DNA of 63,179 bases, the filler included, from Sphacelaria rigidula (Eukaryota): NCBI GenBank assembly GCA_964200075.2. It is 7 parts of 7 records of this genome, joined end to end, with 100 filler letters (N's around TTAATTAATTAA, not from the genome) between each part and the next. Parts side by side here need not be neighbours in the genome. Positions count along the whole stretch, not along the records: positions 54,241 to 63,179 come from CAXNAA020009698.1; 6 more parts are not named here. One strand, 5' to 3'. The translations under genes and the position numbers were made by a program. The notes under the pieces are model-generated. The model saw only the letters and a program-made list of their open reading frames with translations, searched no databases and was not told the origin of the DNA. Of this stretch, positions 62,204-63,179 are shown in pieces. How positions within the stretch are numbered: position 1 is the stretch's first letter; every line of letters starts with the position of its first letter.

Positions 62204-63179
62204 TAGGTTGCCGTTTCGTCATGGTACCGAAATTTTATTGCTCCGAATAGTAGAAGGATTGTCGAGCCGAGCTACGCTGTCTTTAGGGGAGGGTAATGAG
62301 TAGAGGTGTGTCAAGAAGATCAAGGACTGTCTGAAACTTGTTTGATGGTTGGAAAATCATCAGTTACCGCTGTAGCTTTGCTTTCGTCTGACACAATGAC
62401 CCAAGTAGTACAAGAGTCCGCCGGCTACTGTAGCTGTGAAGATGTTCAATTTCCACCATTGAATATTCACGGATGGGTTCAGGAGGCTGTTCGGTCACAC
62501 TGATACTGAAAAAGACGATGAAACCGGGAGTTACACAGACGAAATAACAAACACGTGTTTTTCGTATGAGGATGGAAAACAACCGACAACAAAATAAGCA
62601 CCCTGCTGTGGACACCAGGAGACACGCCACCACCCGGTGGTTCTCTTCATTCACGTTCACGTTTTGCGTGGTCTGTCTTGTGCCCTTGTCGGCGGGCCGT
62701 TGCGCATGTGTGGGAACGCTATTCAATAAACTTCGACGAGTGTACGACCTGGCTGCTTGGGCCCATTGCTGCCTTTTCAAGTAAAGAGGTAATGAGGTCA
62801 CGGTGTGTGGCTGAACATCGTGTTCGAGACGGGAAAGGGGGAGCCTGGAAACGATGCCCGGGTTGTGTTGCCGTATCTTTGCACGGATGGTGCGGAGACT
62901 GCTACTAGCCGTGTTGTGTCTCGGCCGATCTTGTGCCGTGCTTCTCGTTTTGCTCAAGATTCACGGATTTCAATATAGACACAAACGTTTAGCGTAAAAC
63001 AAAAAGCAGGAGAAACGAAAAACTGTCTCCAACCCATCTGCACACCATCGTTGTAGGTCGGGAAACACACTCTCGAGCTAGCCCGCGACTTCTGGCTTTG
63101 ATGCCCCCCCCATTAGCCTGGTCCGGCGAGAAGCCGGCGTGCTCCGTCCCGGCTTTGTAGGGGCGGACCCCCGATGGGG

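Overview
This is eukaryotic DNA, most likely from a brown alga (Phaeophyceae), inferred from an EsV-1-7 repeat gene, long introns and a high repeat load. It is not one locus. Seven contigs of 8941, 8941, 8940, 8940, 8939, 8939 and 8939 nt are sorted by length and joined by artificial 100-nt spacers (N44-TTAATTAATTAA-N44), so adjacency across spacers means nothing. Contig 1 holds the 5' end of a decayed Ty1/copia element and two exons of a bacterial-type TadA tRNA deaminase whose 4.8-kb intron is full of DNA-transposon derivatives. Contig 2 holds orphan exons of a degenerate protein kinase and of a TAF13-like protein among repeats. Contig 3 is a nearly complete but decayed Ty3/gypsy element whose integrase tail carries a chromodomain plus a second Tudor/PWWP-like module. 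Contig 4 holds a solo LTR, MITEs, a 2.2-kb TIR element, a SINE and a foldback. Contig 5 holds ten phase-consistent exons of a SLAC1/TDT anion channel with an extra N-terminal CxxC (DUF4395-like) membrane segment and GC-AG intron(s). Contig 6 holds a 7-repeat EsV-1-7 gene with a 1-nt frameshift and a tRNA-derived SINE. Contig 7 holds RTE-like LINE fragments and a possible secreted Cys-motif protein. I found no CRISPR array, rRNA gene or intact tRNA gene.
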